The notes: a model not told the origin generated them from the letters alone. 64,000 bases of DNA from Blepharisma stoltei ATCC 30299 (GCA_965603825.1 CBFDEM010000046.1:124001-188000), one strand, 5' to 3'; counted from the first letter of the stretch, positions 36,500 through 49,523 are shown. Numbers and translations are program-made.

Positions 36500-37767
36500 T
36501 TATATTTTTTTTATTATTTTACATTTCTTTTCTTTCATATCAAATTCGTATAAATTATATTCACAAAAAGCAAAATAAGCTTTATTTTGCCATAAAACTG
36601 TGCACCCGATTAAATTGGTATTTTCAGTTCCTGAACTGCCTATGTGCTTCAGGCTTTTCATTCTTGATTTCCTTCATAAATATATCCATCTGCTTCTATT
36701 ACATAAGCATTTTTATTATTTTCACATATAATTTTTCTTCATATTCCTGCTTGAATGTCATGCAGCTCAATATAACTATTTTGAATAATATCATAGCTAT
36801 AGATCTTTGAGTGCTCTCTGCCAGATAGTAAAATTTTATTATTTTTAGCAATGCATGACACAAATGAGGATTGAACTGGCAAAGGATTTAGGTTTTCTCA
36901 TTTGTTTTCTAATAAATAGTATCAATACGCATTATTTACATAAAAATGCCCCGTATATCCACCAAAAACATAAACACTGCTATTATAATAAATTGAACCA
37001 CTGAGACTCAGACTATCGGGTGCATAAATTACTTTCTTAACATTATTGTTCAAATCAATAATAAATGCAGTATTTGCAGCATTTGGATAATTTCCACAGC
37101 AAAAAACTGAGTTTCCAGGAATAATACACATAGTTGTATATTGACTTTGTCGATTGTTCAATTAGATATTGAATTCAATTGATGAATAATTATTATTTAA
37201 ATCTGTTTTCACAATTTTTTTGGATCCATCGCGGAAAATAATAAACTTATTTCATTCATTTTTGAAAGGCTCTATTTTTGATAATATTCCTACACCGTCT
37301 ATAAAGAAGTTGAATCTATCAAAAATATCAAAAGTACCTTTAAGGAGGTTAATTGCTTCTTCTGGCTCTGCAGCCAGTATTTTATCTATTTGAGTCTTTC
37401 TGGAATTTGACATTACTTTTACTATCTGTATTTCAGAAATTATTTTGCGTTGATTTTTTATAAATTCGTCAAATGATTCCAATACAATTTTCATTTTCTC
37501 ATTAATTTGCTTAATTTGCATTGAAAAATCTAAAACAGTTTTTCTCCTTAGCTCATATAAGTCAGATAGCGACTTGTGAAGACAATCAATAAGAGCTCTT
37601 TTTGTTTCTGGATTTGGTGAAATTGTTAAGGGCTCTGGAAGATGCCTAGAATTAGATGCAGTTTTCATATGGGCAGCAATATGTGTATCACATGAATAAG
37701 CAGGAGGATTTGCGCATGGGCAAACAAATTCCAACTTATTTTCACATTGGTCTTTTCAACACTTCAT
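36500..37767 (-). pseudogene. Array copy 4 (premature TAA at 37162-37164, frameshift near 36640)
   Basis: TCA in paralogs is TAA here. Confidence 0.8.
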
Positions 37768-38729
37768 TTTATAAATTATTGCATTATCTGATTTTATACA
37801 TAATTTCTTTTAATTATTTATACTGAGAGTCTATTAAATAGATTTAGTTTTCGAAAGTCTTAGTTATGAAATTTTATCAACATCAATGCATTTTCATGGG
37901 CGTATTTGCCATTATTTTTTAAAGTCGCTTAATATGGCTTAGCTAAGTTCTTGGAAGTAAATCGTTTACATTTTAATTAAATTATTTTATTTAACCCCTT
38001 ATTTGGCTAAATTTTTTGAACAAACATTTGCTATTGTTTAATAAAAAATTTCCAATTAGAATTTAAAGATGACGTGGTTGCAGCAATTAACAATATAGGC
38101 ATTATATTTTTATGTTAGAGAGATGTTTGATTTTCTATGGATTGCTTAACTATTTAAGAAAAAAAAATATTATATTTATTCATGTTGACTGCTATTATTA
38201 TAATGAAAGAGCTATAGCCTATTATATGGAACAATTTTATTCCTAAAATATTCGCCTAGTTTTAATTATTTCTCCTGTGCATTCCTAATTTTGTTATTTA
38301 TTTCTTCAATCCAATTTCCAAGCTTTGTTTTTAAAACCTCCTCAAAAATCCAACTAAAAAGTATAATCTCACTTAAACTAAATAAGTAAAAATCCGTATT
38401 AAATATAAAAATAAGAATGATAGATATTGATATATAAGATCAAGTATCAAATTTTCATTAAATTAGAGTAAATTGCTTAGAATGGCTACCTACTGAGATC
38501 GAACGAATTTAAGTGAATTTGATTCTTTTAAGGCCAAAAGTCTTTATAGTTAAATTATATAAAAACTATTATTAGTAAGTATTATATATGCCCATATTAT
38601 CAGTAGCTCACAATTCAAATTTTAAATATATTTTCTAATATGCACTAAGCTATAGTTATTAATCTCTAATGAAATATTTTATTTTCTAATATTTACTAAG
38701 CTATAGTTATTAATCTCTAATGAAATATT

Positions 38730-39998
38730 TTAAATAGTTTTTATTTTTTTGCATTTCTTTTTTTTCATATCAAATTCATATAAATTATATCCACAAAAAG
38801 CAAAATAAACTTTATTTTGCCATAAAACTGTGCATCCAATTAAGTCGGTATTTTCAGTTTCTGAACTGCCTATTGTGCTCCAGGCTTTTCATTCCTGATT
38901 TCCTTCATAAATGTATCCACCTGCTTCTATCACATAAGCATTTTTATTATTTTCGCATATAATTTTTCTTCATATTCCTGCTTGAATGTCATGCAGCTCA
39001 ATATAACTATTTTGAATAATATCATAGCAATAGATCTTTGAGTGCTCTCTGCCAGATAGTAAAATCTTATTGTTTTTAGCAATGCATGATACAAACGAGG
39101 ATTGAACTGGCAAAGGATTTAGGTTTTCTCATTTATTTTCTAAAAAATAGTATCTATACGCATTATTTACATAAAAATGCCCCGTGTATCCCCCAAAAAC
39201 ATAAACACTGTTATTATAATAAATCGAACCACTGAGACCCAGCTTATTATCCACATTAATTACTTTCTTAACATTATTATTCAAATCAATAATAAATGCA
39301 GTACTTGCAGCCTGAGGATAATTTCCATAGCAAAAAACTGAGTTTCCAGGAATAATACACATAGTTGTATATTGACTTTGTCGACTGTTCAATGAGATAT
39401 TGAATTCAATTGATGAGTAATTATTATTTAAATCTGTTTTCACAATTTTTTTGGAGGCATCGCGGAAAATAATAAATCTATTTGATTCATTTTTGAAAGG
39501 CTCTATTTTTGATAATATTCCTACACCGTCTATAAAGAAGTTGAATCTATCAAAAATATCAAAAGAACCTTTAAGAAGGTTAATTGCTTCTTCTGGCTCT
39601 GCAGCCAGTATTTTATTTATTTGAGTTTTTCTGGAATTTGATATTACTTCTACTATCTGTATTTCAGAAATTATTTTGCGTTGATTTTTTATAAATTCGT
39701 CAAATGATTCCAATGCAATTTTCATTTTCTCGTTAATTTGCTTAATTTGCATTGTAAGATCTAAAACAGTTTTTCTCCTTAATTCATATAAATCTGATAG
39801 CGACTTGTGAAGACAATCAATAAGAGCTCTTTTTGTTTCTGGATTTGGTGAAATTGTTAAGGGATCTGGAAGATGCCTAGATCGAGACGCAGTTTTAATA
39901 TGGGTACTAATATGTGTATCACATGAATAAACAGGAGGATTTGCGCATGGGCAAACAAATTCCAACTTATTTTCACATTGGTCTTTTCAGCATTTCAT
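38730..39998 (-). CDS. Array copy 5, intact
   Basis: Start and stop in frame with the same spacing as copy 3 when TGA=Trp. Confidence 0.82.
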
Positions 39999-40911
39999 TT
40001 TATAAATTATTGCATTATCTGATTTTATACATAATTTCTTTTAATTATTTATACTGAGAGTCTATTAAATAGATTTAGTGTTCGAAAGTCTTAGTTATGA
40101 AGCTTTATCAATATCAATGCATTTACATGGGCGTATTTGCAATTATTTTTAAAGTCGATTCAATATAGCTTAACTAAGTTCTTCAAAGTAAATCGTTTAC
40201 ATGCAATTAAATTATTTTTTTTAATTTCTTTAACCCCTATTAGGCCAAATTTTTTGAACAAAAATTTTCTATGGCTTAGTAAAGAAATTCTAATTAGAAT
40301 TTAAAGATGAAGTGGTTGCAGCAATTAACAATTTAAGCATTATATTTTTATGTTAGAGAGGTGCTTGATTTTTTATGGATTGTTTAATTATTTAAGAGAA
40401 AAATTATTATATTTATTTATTTTGACTGCTATTATTATAGTAAAACAGCTATGGCCTATTATATGGAATAATTTTTTCACAAGTATTGGCATAGTTTTAA
40501 TTATTTTTCCTGTGCATTCCTAATTTTGTTATTTAATTCTTCAATTCACTTTTTAAGTTTTGTTTTTAAAATCTCCTAAAATATCAAACTAAAAAGTATC
40601 ATCTCACTTAAACTAAATAAGTAAAATCCATATTATATATAAAAATAAGAATTATGGATATTGATATTTAAGATCAAGAATCAAATTTTCATTGAATTAT
40701 AGTAAATTGCTTAGAATGGCTACCTACTGAGATCGAACGAATTTAAGTGAATTTGATTCTTTTAAGGCCAAAAATCTTTATAGTTAAATTATATAAAAAC
40801 TATTATTAGTAAGTATTATATATGCCCATATTATCAGTAGCTCACAATTCAAATTTTAAATATATTTTTAATATGCACTAAGCTATAGTTATTAATTTCT
40901 AATGAAATATT

Positions 40912-42168
40912 TTAAATAGTTTTTAATTTTTTGCATTTCTTTTCTTTCATATCAAATTCATATAAATTATATCCACCAAAAGCAAAATAAGCTTTATTTT
41001 GCCATAAAACTGTGCATCCAATTAAGTTATTATTTTTTTCAGTTCCTGAACTGCCTATTGTGCTCCAATAATTTCATTCCTGATTTCCTTCATAAATATA
41101 TCCACCTGCTTCTATTACATAAGCATTTTTATTATTTTCACATATAATTTTTTGTCCTAATTGAATGCTATGCAGCTCAATGTAACTATTTTGAATAATA
41201 TCATAGCAATAGATCTTTGAGTGCTCTCTGCCAGATAGTAAAATCTTATTATTTTTAGCAATGCATGATACAAATGAGGATTGAACTGGCAAAGGATTCA
41301 GGTTTTCTCATTTGCTTTCTAATAAATAGTATCTATACGCATTAATTACATTAGAATACCTTGTATGTCCTCCAAAAACATAAACACTACTATTATAATA
41401 AATTGAACCACTGAGACTCAGACTATCAGGTGCATTAATTATTTTCTTAACATTATTATTCGAATCAATAATAAATGCAGTATTTGCAGTATTTGGATAA
41501 TTTCCATAGCAAAAAAATGAGTTTCCAGGAATAATGCACATAGTTGTATAATGACTTTGTGGACTGTCCAATGAGATATTGAATTCAGTCGATGAATAAT
41601 TATTATTTAAATCCATTTGCACAATTTTTGTTGAATTATTGCGGAAAATAATAAATTTATTTGATTCATTTATGAAAGGCGCTATTTTTCCTATATCATC
41701 TATAAAGAAGTTGAATCTATCAAAAATATCAAAAAAATCTTCAAGTAGCATAGTTGCTTCTTCTGGCTCTGAAGCCAATATTTTATTTATTTGAGTCTTT
41801 CTGGAATTTGATATGACTTCTACTATCTTTATTTCAGAAATTAATTTGTGTCGATTTTTTATAGAATCGTCAAATAATTCCAGCACAATTTTCATTTTCT
41901 CATTAATTTGCTTAATTTGCATTGAAAAATCTAAAACAGTTTTTCTCCTTAATTCATATAAATCTGATAGCGACTTGTGAAGACAATCAATAAGAGCTCT
42001 TTTTGTTTCTGGATTTGGTGAAATTGCTAAGGAATCTGGAATATGCCTAGATCAAGGCGCAGTTTTAATATGGGCAGCAATATGTGTATCACATGAATAA
42101 ACAGGAGGATCTATGCATGGGCAAGCAAATTCCAACTTATTTCCACATTGGTCTTTTCAGCATTTCAT
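40912..42168 (-). CDS. Array copy 6, intact
   Basis: In frame from ATG 42168 to TAA 40912 with TGA=Trp. Confidence 0.8.
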
Positions 42169-42778
42169 TTAATAGTATATTGCATTATCTGATTTCTGCA
42201 TAATTTCTTTTACGACTTATTAAATAGATTTAGTGTTCGAAAGTCTTAGTTATGAAGCTTTATCAATATCAATGCTTTTTCATCGAGCGTATTTAATATG
42301 GCTTAGCTAAGTTCTTCAAAGTAAATCGTTTACATTTTAATTAAATTATTTTTATTCAATTTCTTTAAAATGATGTGGTTGCAGCAATTAACAATTTAGG
42401 CATTATATTTTCATGCTTAGAGAGATGTTTGATGATCTATAGTTTGCTTAACGATTTAAGAAAAAAATTGTTATATTTATTCATTATTATAATGAAAGAG
42501 TTAAAATAAGATCCTAGAAATTTAATCATCTAGGGCTAAAACATAATAATAAATATATGATCGCATTATAGAAAAAATATGCTTACCTATAAAAAAAAAT
42601 GCATCCATAAATAATTGCATTTAAATTAAGATACTTTTATCCTTCATTATCCCAGGCCCAATTATTTGTACAAAAAAACTATTAATGTTATATATATATG
42701 GCATAAATCAGTAGCATATAATCCAATATTTAAAAAGTTTACTAATTATGCGCTAAGCTTTAGTTTAGTTGATAATTT

Positions 42779-44049
42779 CTAATAAAGAATATCTATCTTT
42801 TTGCATTTTTTTTCCTTCATATTAAACTCATATAAATCATACCCTTCAAAACAAAAATAAGCGCTGTTTTCCCATAAAACTTTGCATCCAATTAATTCTT
42901 TACTTATAATGCCTGAATTTCCTATTGTTCTTCAGGCTTTTCATTCCTGATTTCCTTCATAAATATGTCCACCTGCTTCTATTACATAAGCATTTTTATT
43001 ATTTTCACATATAATCTTTCTTCACTGTCCTTGCTGAATGTTATGCAACTCATTGTAACTATTTTGAATAATATCATAGCAATAGATTTTTGTGTGCTCT
43101 CTGCCAGATAGTAAAATCTTATTATTTTTAGCAATGCATGAAACAAATGTTGACTTCAATGGCATAGGATTTAAGTTTGCTCATTTATCTTCTCATAAAT
43201 AATATTTAAAGGCGCCACTTCATATTCCGCTTGTTGTAGATCCACCAAAAACATAAACGCTATCATTATAATAAATTGAACCAGAAAGCCCAATACTAAA
43301 TGGAGTATCAGCTACATGCTTTAGCATCTTATTTGGTTGAATAATAAAAGCAGACTTTTTAGGAGTAGGATAATATCCACAGCAAAAAATTGAGTTATCA
43401 GGAATTAAACACATTGTTGTAAATTGGCTTAGCGGACTATCCCATGAGATATTAAATTCAGTATATGAGCAATAGTTATTTAAATCTATTTGCACAATTT
43501 TAGTTGAATTATCGCGGAAAATAATTAATCTATTTGATTCATTTATGAAAGGCAGTATTTTTGTTAATTTTCCTGTATCATCTATAAAGAAGTTTGATCT
43601 ATAAAAATATCAAAAGAATCTTTAAGTAGTTTAATTGCTATCTCTGGCTCTGAAACCAGCATTTCATCTATTTCAGTTTTGCTGCCATTTGATATGACTT
43701 TTATTGTTTTTATTTGAGAAATTATTTTGCGTTGATTTTTTATAGAATCGTCAAATGATTCCAATGCAATTTTCATTTTCTCGTTAATTTGCTTAATTTG
43801 CATTGAAAAATCTAAAACAGTTTTTCTCCTTAACTCATACAAGTTTGATAGCGACTTGTGAAGACAATCAATAAGAGCTCTTTTTGTTTCTGGATTTGGT
43901 GAAATTGTTAAAGGATCTGGAAGATGCCTAGAATTCGATGCAGTTTTCATATGAGCTACAATATGCTCATCACATGAGTAAGTAGGAGGATTTGTGCATG
44001 AGCAAGTAAACTCCAACTTATTTTCGCATTGGTCTTTCCAGCATTTCAT
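42779..44049 (-). pseudogene. Array copy 7 (single 1-nt deletion near 43603; may be a sequencing error)
   Basis: CTATAAAAATATC versus CTATCAAAAATATC in paralogs; rest collinear. Confidence 0.65.
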
Positions 44050-44619
44050 TTTATAAATTATTGTACCAAAAATCAACAGTTTAATAATTACTTGATTCCA
44101 ATATTTAATTTTTTATGTGACTATTTGAATAAGTCGTGAGTCTTCAGAAGTCTTGGATATGGAGCTTGCATCAAAAAAGATGCTTTGGGTTAAGCTCGTT
44201 TACAAAACTTCTTTTAAAGCTTGCTAATATATGGCTTATTAAGGGTATTTGGAGTGCGGAGTCATCTTGATTTGCACGCCAAACTCTATTTACACAATAA
44301 ACAAGGGAGCATAAATATTTCTCATAAATTGTAATAACTTTATAAGTCTGTCAGAAAATGTCTTATATTGCTATTCTCTATATTAAAATTTTTTTATTCA
44401 TCCTATAATTATTGATAGAGATTAACAAAGTGAATCAGGAAAAAATTGGAGGTTTGCACAGATATCTTAGCAATAATTTATATTTAAGCAAATTTGCTTG
44501 AGGCTTATGCAATAAAGGGCTCATAAAAACAAGATCGATAAAATTTATAACTATTTATAATTTATAATAACTTAATTTCTTTGTTTTAAATTTATTCATA
44601 AATCGATTAATGATTCTAT

Positions 44620-45182
44620 GTTAATTACTTTAGCATCTGTATTTTTTTATCTTAAGTCAAACTCGTTCACATTATAATTGTGAAAAGCAAGATAAACCTT
44701 ATTTTTCACAAGACTTTATATACAATACTCATGCTTTCAATAAACGAACTTCCTATTATACTTTAGATCTTACATTCGTGATTACTTTCATAAATATTTC
44801 CACCTGCATCTATTACACAAGCATTTTTATCATCTCCACATACAATTTTCTATAGGTTCTTTGAAAGTTATATAATTCAGAATAATAATTTTGACTTATA
44901 TCATAACTGTATATCTTCGAATACTCCCTTCCTGATAGTAAAATCTTATAACTTGCTGTCTCAATATCTGGGGAAAAAAATAAAATAAAATTATTTATCA
45001 TTAATAACAATTATATTTTCTTATATATGATAAATACTCCAATCTTATTATTTTGGACAATAAATGATTATGCCTGCATTTATCCCTAGTTTTAATATGA
45101 TCGCTAATATCATAAAGAATTAATAAGAGGATTTGTGCATAGACTTGCAAACTCCAACTTACTTGGTCTTTTTATGATTCAT
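44620..45182 (-). pseudogene. Array copy 8, heavily deleted relic
   Basis: KILLSGREYSKIYSYD fragment plus a degenerate Zn-finger start near 45130-45182; boundaries approximate. Confidence 0.65.
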
Positions 45183-45261
45183 TTTCTTATTTAATAGACA
45201 ATAATCATTACTTAATTTTCCTAATTTTTTCCATTTTATTTGAATATATTAACTTGTTTAC

Positions 45262-46531
45262 TTATTTGAATAAATCATGAGTCTTATCGAAATCCATCAG
45301 TCCTCCGAACGTCCCAGTTGAGAAATCATGATCCACGTCAATGTTCTCTTGAAAATGATTAACCCACATAGAAGAAGGTATAATATCAGTGTCCATAAAC
45401 GGATTACCTCCAATATTTCTTCCTGGCTGAGGCAAGTCTTCTTCATCACTTTCACTTGTGGACGAACTTTCAGACTCGGATTCTTCTGGCTGAGCTGGAG
45501 CTTGTGGCTCAATCCTTGTTTGTTGTACTAATTGCTGGAGCTGGCTGTCTAAGTCTTTAAGTCTATTTGTGGTGGTTTCTGGAGCAGGTTTTGCAGTTTC
45601 TACGACTGGGGTTTGCTTTTTCCTTGATTGAGGTTTATTTGGGTTTTGTAAGCATCCTCTTACATATTTTTCTAGTTCTCTGCAGACTTTGGAAGGAAGC
45701 TTGTCAATGTCAAATTCAAGTTCTTCGCCTTGGACGTCCATACATTCTTGGACTATATCTAAAACTCCTCTTAAAAATTTGGGGTCAAGTCTTTTTATGT
45801 TCTGACATAAGAGTTTTTTTTCTTGTAAAGTCATAATTTTATCTGGCTGTGGAGTCGGGGGCTGCTGCTTTACTTGCACCTTGGCACTTGTAGTTCCTGT
45901 GCTTTGGATTTCTTTAATCCCCTTTGATAATTTTTCTATTTTTCTATATAAATCTTGAACAATATCTTGCTTTTCCACCAATATTAAGCTTTCATTTCCC
46001 TTCATCAGCTTCTCAAAAAGTGAGCTTAACTCCATAGTCATATGGTATAAATCCGAGCCTTTTGCGTTGTAAAAGAAAGAATTGCTCCAAATAAGCCTTA
46101 CATCCATTGCAAATTGATACCCGCTTTCATATTCCCCATTCTTAAGTCTCTGTTCTACTGTTCCTAAATCCATCGGCTCCTGTATCGTTGTTCGGTAATC
46201 AGGTACTAACACAGGGTCAACTGGCGCCAAGAATGGCTCAGCCATCGGATGCTTCTTCAACGTTTGTAGGATTTTGTAAATTTTTCTGAAAGGTTCTCCT
46301 TGCTTAGGGGCTAAGTCTGCTTCTTCATATGAGACAGTTTTTTTGGCACGTGTCGGCCTTTCAACCGGATCAGAAGCTTGAAATCGCACATCAAAATCTA
46401 AATTGTCAGCCTCGGACTTGCGCTGAGTAGATTTTTACCGGTCTAGTATCTTTCTTAATAATAGGAAGGAGCTTATACTTAGGAGGCAAAAGCGTGTTTA
46501 GCGCTGTGAGCTGAGTGTTGGTCAGTTCCAT
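45262..46531 (-). CDS. BET/GTE-like bromodomain + ET-domain protein, one 16-nt intron
   Basis: AEPFLAPVDP, PDYRTTIQEPMDLGT, WSNSFFYN bromodomain; MTLQEKKLLCQNIKRL..ELEFDIDKL ET domain; ATG 46531. Confidence 0.9.
46423..46438 (-). other. 16-nt intron GTAAAAATCTACTCAG
   Basis: Removal puts ATG 46531 in frame with the bromodomain; A at -6. Confidence 0.8.
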
Positions 46532-47181
46532 ATATCCCCTTATACACCAATCACAGACCTTGTATGCACCCTAAAACCCAATTTTCATTTTTGTATAGGA
46601 AAAATATGGAAAATGTTTTAGGGTGCAGTGGGAGGAGCAGGAGAGGTTTGAATGAGCAGGGGGAGGAAGGGAAGGTAGGGTTTAGCTTGAAAATGTGGGT
46701 GGAAATGAGAGGATTGGAAAAATGAGGGAATTTGTGAGGAAATGGGAGATTTTTCGAGGTTGAGTTTTAAGGTTTTTGAGTTTGTATTTTTGATAAATTG
46801 CTATCAAATTTATTGAGATTTTTATAGAGTGATTTATTAAAGAAAAAGAAAAGAGTTTTTGATATATAAAGAAATTCGAAAAAAGTAAATTTCATTTTGC
46901 TATTTGTTTAATTCAAGGCAAACTGATCGATTCAGTAGTAGCTCAGCGTGCCAATCTAAAGAAGCCTTATAGTGAGGTATAAATCAATGAGATTTATAGT
47001 TTCATAATTATGAAAATTTGAAGAGAGTAAGTTTCGATTAATTATAAGTCGTTTCAGTTATAAGTATGAATGTTGAAGAGTTATATCAGCTTATTAAAAA
47101 TGGAAAAAATTAAAAGTATTTTATATTTTATGAAAAACATTGATGCTATGATTTGATAAATTATCATAAGCCTTTAAGTTT

Positions 47182-48185
47182 CTAAAATTCAGAGTGCTGA
47201 TTTATTAATGGCTTAATTTCTTTTAAGCCTCCTTCTTTATTTCTAATATACTTAACGATCTTATCAAAGCAACAATAAAAAGGATTTTCTATAAACTCCA
47301 CACTTGATGAAGGATTCACATCTATTGTATCAACGTCAATAGCATCACAATTTTTTTTTAATTCATTATACTCTGACTTATTTTCGAATTTTTTTAATAT
47401 TCTCTTTTTATTATCATTTCTATACTCAGCTACAGCCTTGGTAATCATAAAATGATAGGTTTGTTTTTCTCCATTTCATAATCCATCACAAAATTTCAGA
47501 TCTAGGACATTTGGATTTATTCCATATCTTCTTCTGATTATTCCTTTATTTGATAATCTGTACTTTGGAGTTCTCAAACAACAATTGCAAATAGGTTTTT
47601 TCAGTAATAGGCATTTTCAAAAATTTTGATTATCTAAGAATTTGTGGCATTCCGTGCATGAATTAAGAACTGCTAAGATATATTGGTCCTTTCAGCTAGC
47701 AGGTTTCTCGATATGTTTATTATATTGCTTTGAATAATAAAAATGCCAAAGCTCTTCATCTCAAGTAATATGATAAAACTCTTTAGAGACCAAAGAGAGT
47801 GTATTAGAGGTTTCTAGAGGTGAGATAAATCTGAATACTTCTATTCATACCCTTTTATATGTTGAAGACTTTGACTCTACTTTTGTATCTAGCTTTGGAG
47901 GGGTGTGGTAAGGCTTATCAAGTGGCTCGTAATCTAAATTCCATTTATAAAGCTACTTATCAAGTATTTCAACATCTTTGTCTGTTAAATTATGTTTATA
48001 AGGCTTTTACAAATATATTGTTTGACTTTTGGGGTATAGCAGTTCAAATGGTAATATTCAGGACCATCATAATGATAAATGTAAATTCTAATATCATCTT
48101 TAGAAATATAGCATCTGCATGTTCTACAGTAGGATCGATTTGTCTTCGAGTATTCTACATTAAAAGGGACGCCTTGCATTAACAT
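47182..48185 (-). pseudogene. zf-PARP + F-box + C4 (XPA-like) Zn-finger gene, disrupted
   Basis: VEYSKTNRSYCRTC..YYHLNC (zf-PARP); RVWIEVFRFI..LSLVSKEFYHITWDEELW (F-box); CTEC..PICNCC; frameshift near 47988 and in-frame TAG near 47953. Confidence 0.7.
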
Positions 48186-49070
48186 AATTTTATTAGAATA
48201 AATTTTTATAAAAATATTTAAAAATCATTATTTTTGGAGATCATAATTTTGTAGAGCCAAATAGCCAAGCCCTTATAGATAAGAAGTTCTTCCTTGGTCA
48301 AAGCAATTCTTTTCAGAGATTTTAAGATGCAATATTTAGAAGACTTACGATAGAGCATTATTTTGGGCCCTTGTGCTAGTTAAAAGTTTCTTAATTCTAA
48401 CAGCGAAAATTATCGCTTTGTATTGCTAAACTGAACTGAATCATCTTAAAGAAAGCAGAATTAATTAGAGTATGCCCCTGAAAAAATGAGCTAGATATAA
48501 GTGCGACATCAAGACTAAGGAATTGAATTTCTAAAATCTACCACTAGCCGAAACAGTGGACACTAGATCTTTATAGCGTAGCGCTGGATGAGCTCAAATT
48601 GCATGACTGAGCTTGAAGGAAAGCTGTTTGTAGACCCAAAATCGGTAAAAAGCGCACATAGATCAAGATCAAATAGGTTCAGAGACCTTATAGCCCTGCA
48701 AAAAAATCGAAGACTGAGTTGATAAAGACAGAGACAAACTTTTAAATTATCGAAAATAATGATAAATTCATCAAAGCAGTAATTCTAAATTATATAATTT
48801 AAAGTATAAAATTAAATAGCCTATTCACCTATTTTGCAAGTATCTCCTAATAGCCATTAGAGTTTGCATCAGAATTTTCTTAATCAAATCAGACTTTCCT
48901 ATGAGAATTTTTATAATTTTTAGGATTTTTATCATCCAATCAATATCATTAATTTACTTTTAAAACTAAATAAACTCAGCTCTATTCATTTATCCTTATT
49001 TATGAGCTTGCCACTTTTCTGCTATTTTTCATTACCCTTCATCTTAATTACTTAATCATAGCCATAAAAA

Positions 49071-49523
49071 ATGTTTAGATTATTCAAAGGCTCAGCCTCA
49101 TGGCACAGGAGATCTCATCTCAACCCATCAGAATTGACTAACTTCGAATTTGCCAAAAATTGGAAAAATTTAAATAAAATGTTCAATCTTCGTCAATATT
49201 ATTTATTTTATTCCCAATAAATTACCAGTTTTATTTTTTTAAAAAATAAAAAAATACAAATCATCCCAAAATGCACAGAAATTGCTCCTCCATTCTCAAA
49301 GTCTGCTTATCCAAGAGTCGCAGAGATGGAAAGACTTGATGATGAATTAGGGTATTACCACGCTAAGCGCTCTATATACAGATTTATTGCATGGATAATT
49401 TTTTGCATATTTATCTTAGATACCGATATATTCGATTCTCCATTAAGATCCTGGAGACAAGATGCTCAAAATATGCACGACGTCATCAAGATACGGCAAA
49501 CTCATGTGCTAGATTTTAAATAA
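49071..49523 (+). CDS. Small single-TM protein, possibly mitochondrial; interrupted by an AT-rich stretch with one in-frame TAA
   Basis: MFRLFKGSASWHRR start is in frame with 49326..49523; only stop between is TAA 49218-49220. Confidence 0.45.

Noticed and set aside
38632-38731. ~50-bp local tandem duplication downstream of array copy 5
   Set aside because: Real but looks like simple slippage; no functional signal.
34200-42400. CRISPR-like or satellite array
   Set aside because: Repeats are ~2.2-kb gene-containing tandem duplicates, not short repeat-spacer units.
46569-46579. Telomere seed (CCCTAAAACCC)
   Set aside because: Single imperfect unit forming a hairpin arm; no tandem telomeric repeats seen in the window.
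47950-47990. TAA/TAG reassignment to Gln as in other ciliates
   Set aside because: Conserved genes contain no internal TAA/TAG; the few seen are in copies with other lesions or remain unexplained single cases.
48400-48780. Slightly GC-richer intergenic tract
   Set aside because: No sustained ORF or recognisable RNA motif found by eye; possibly a decayed gene fragment.
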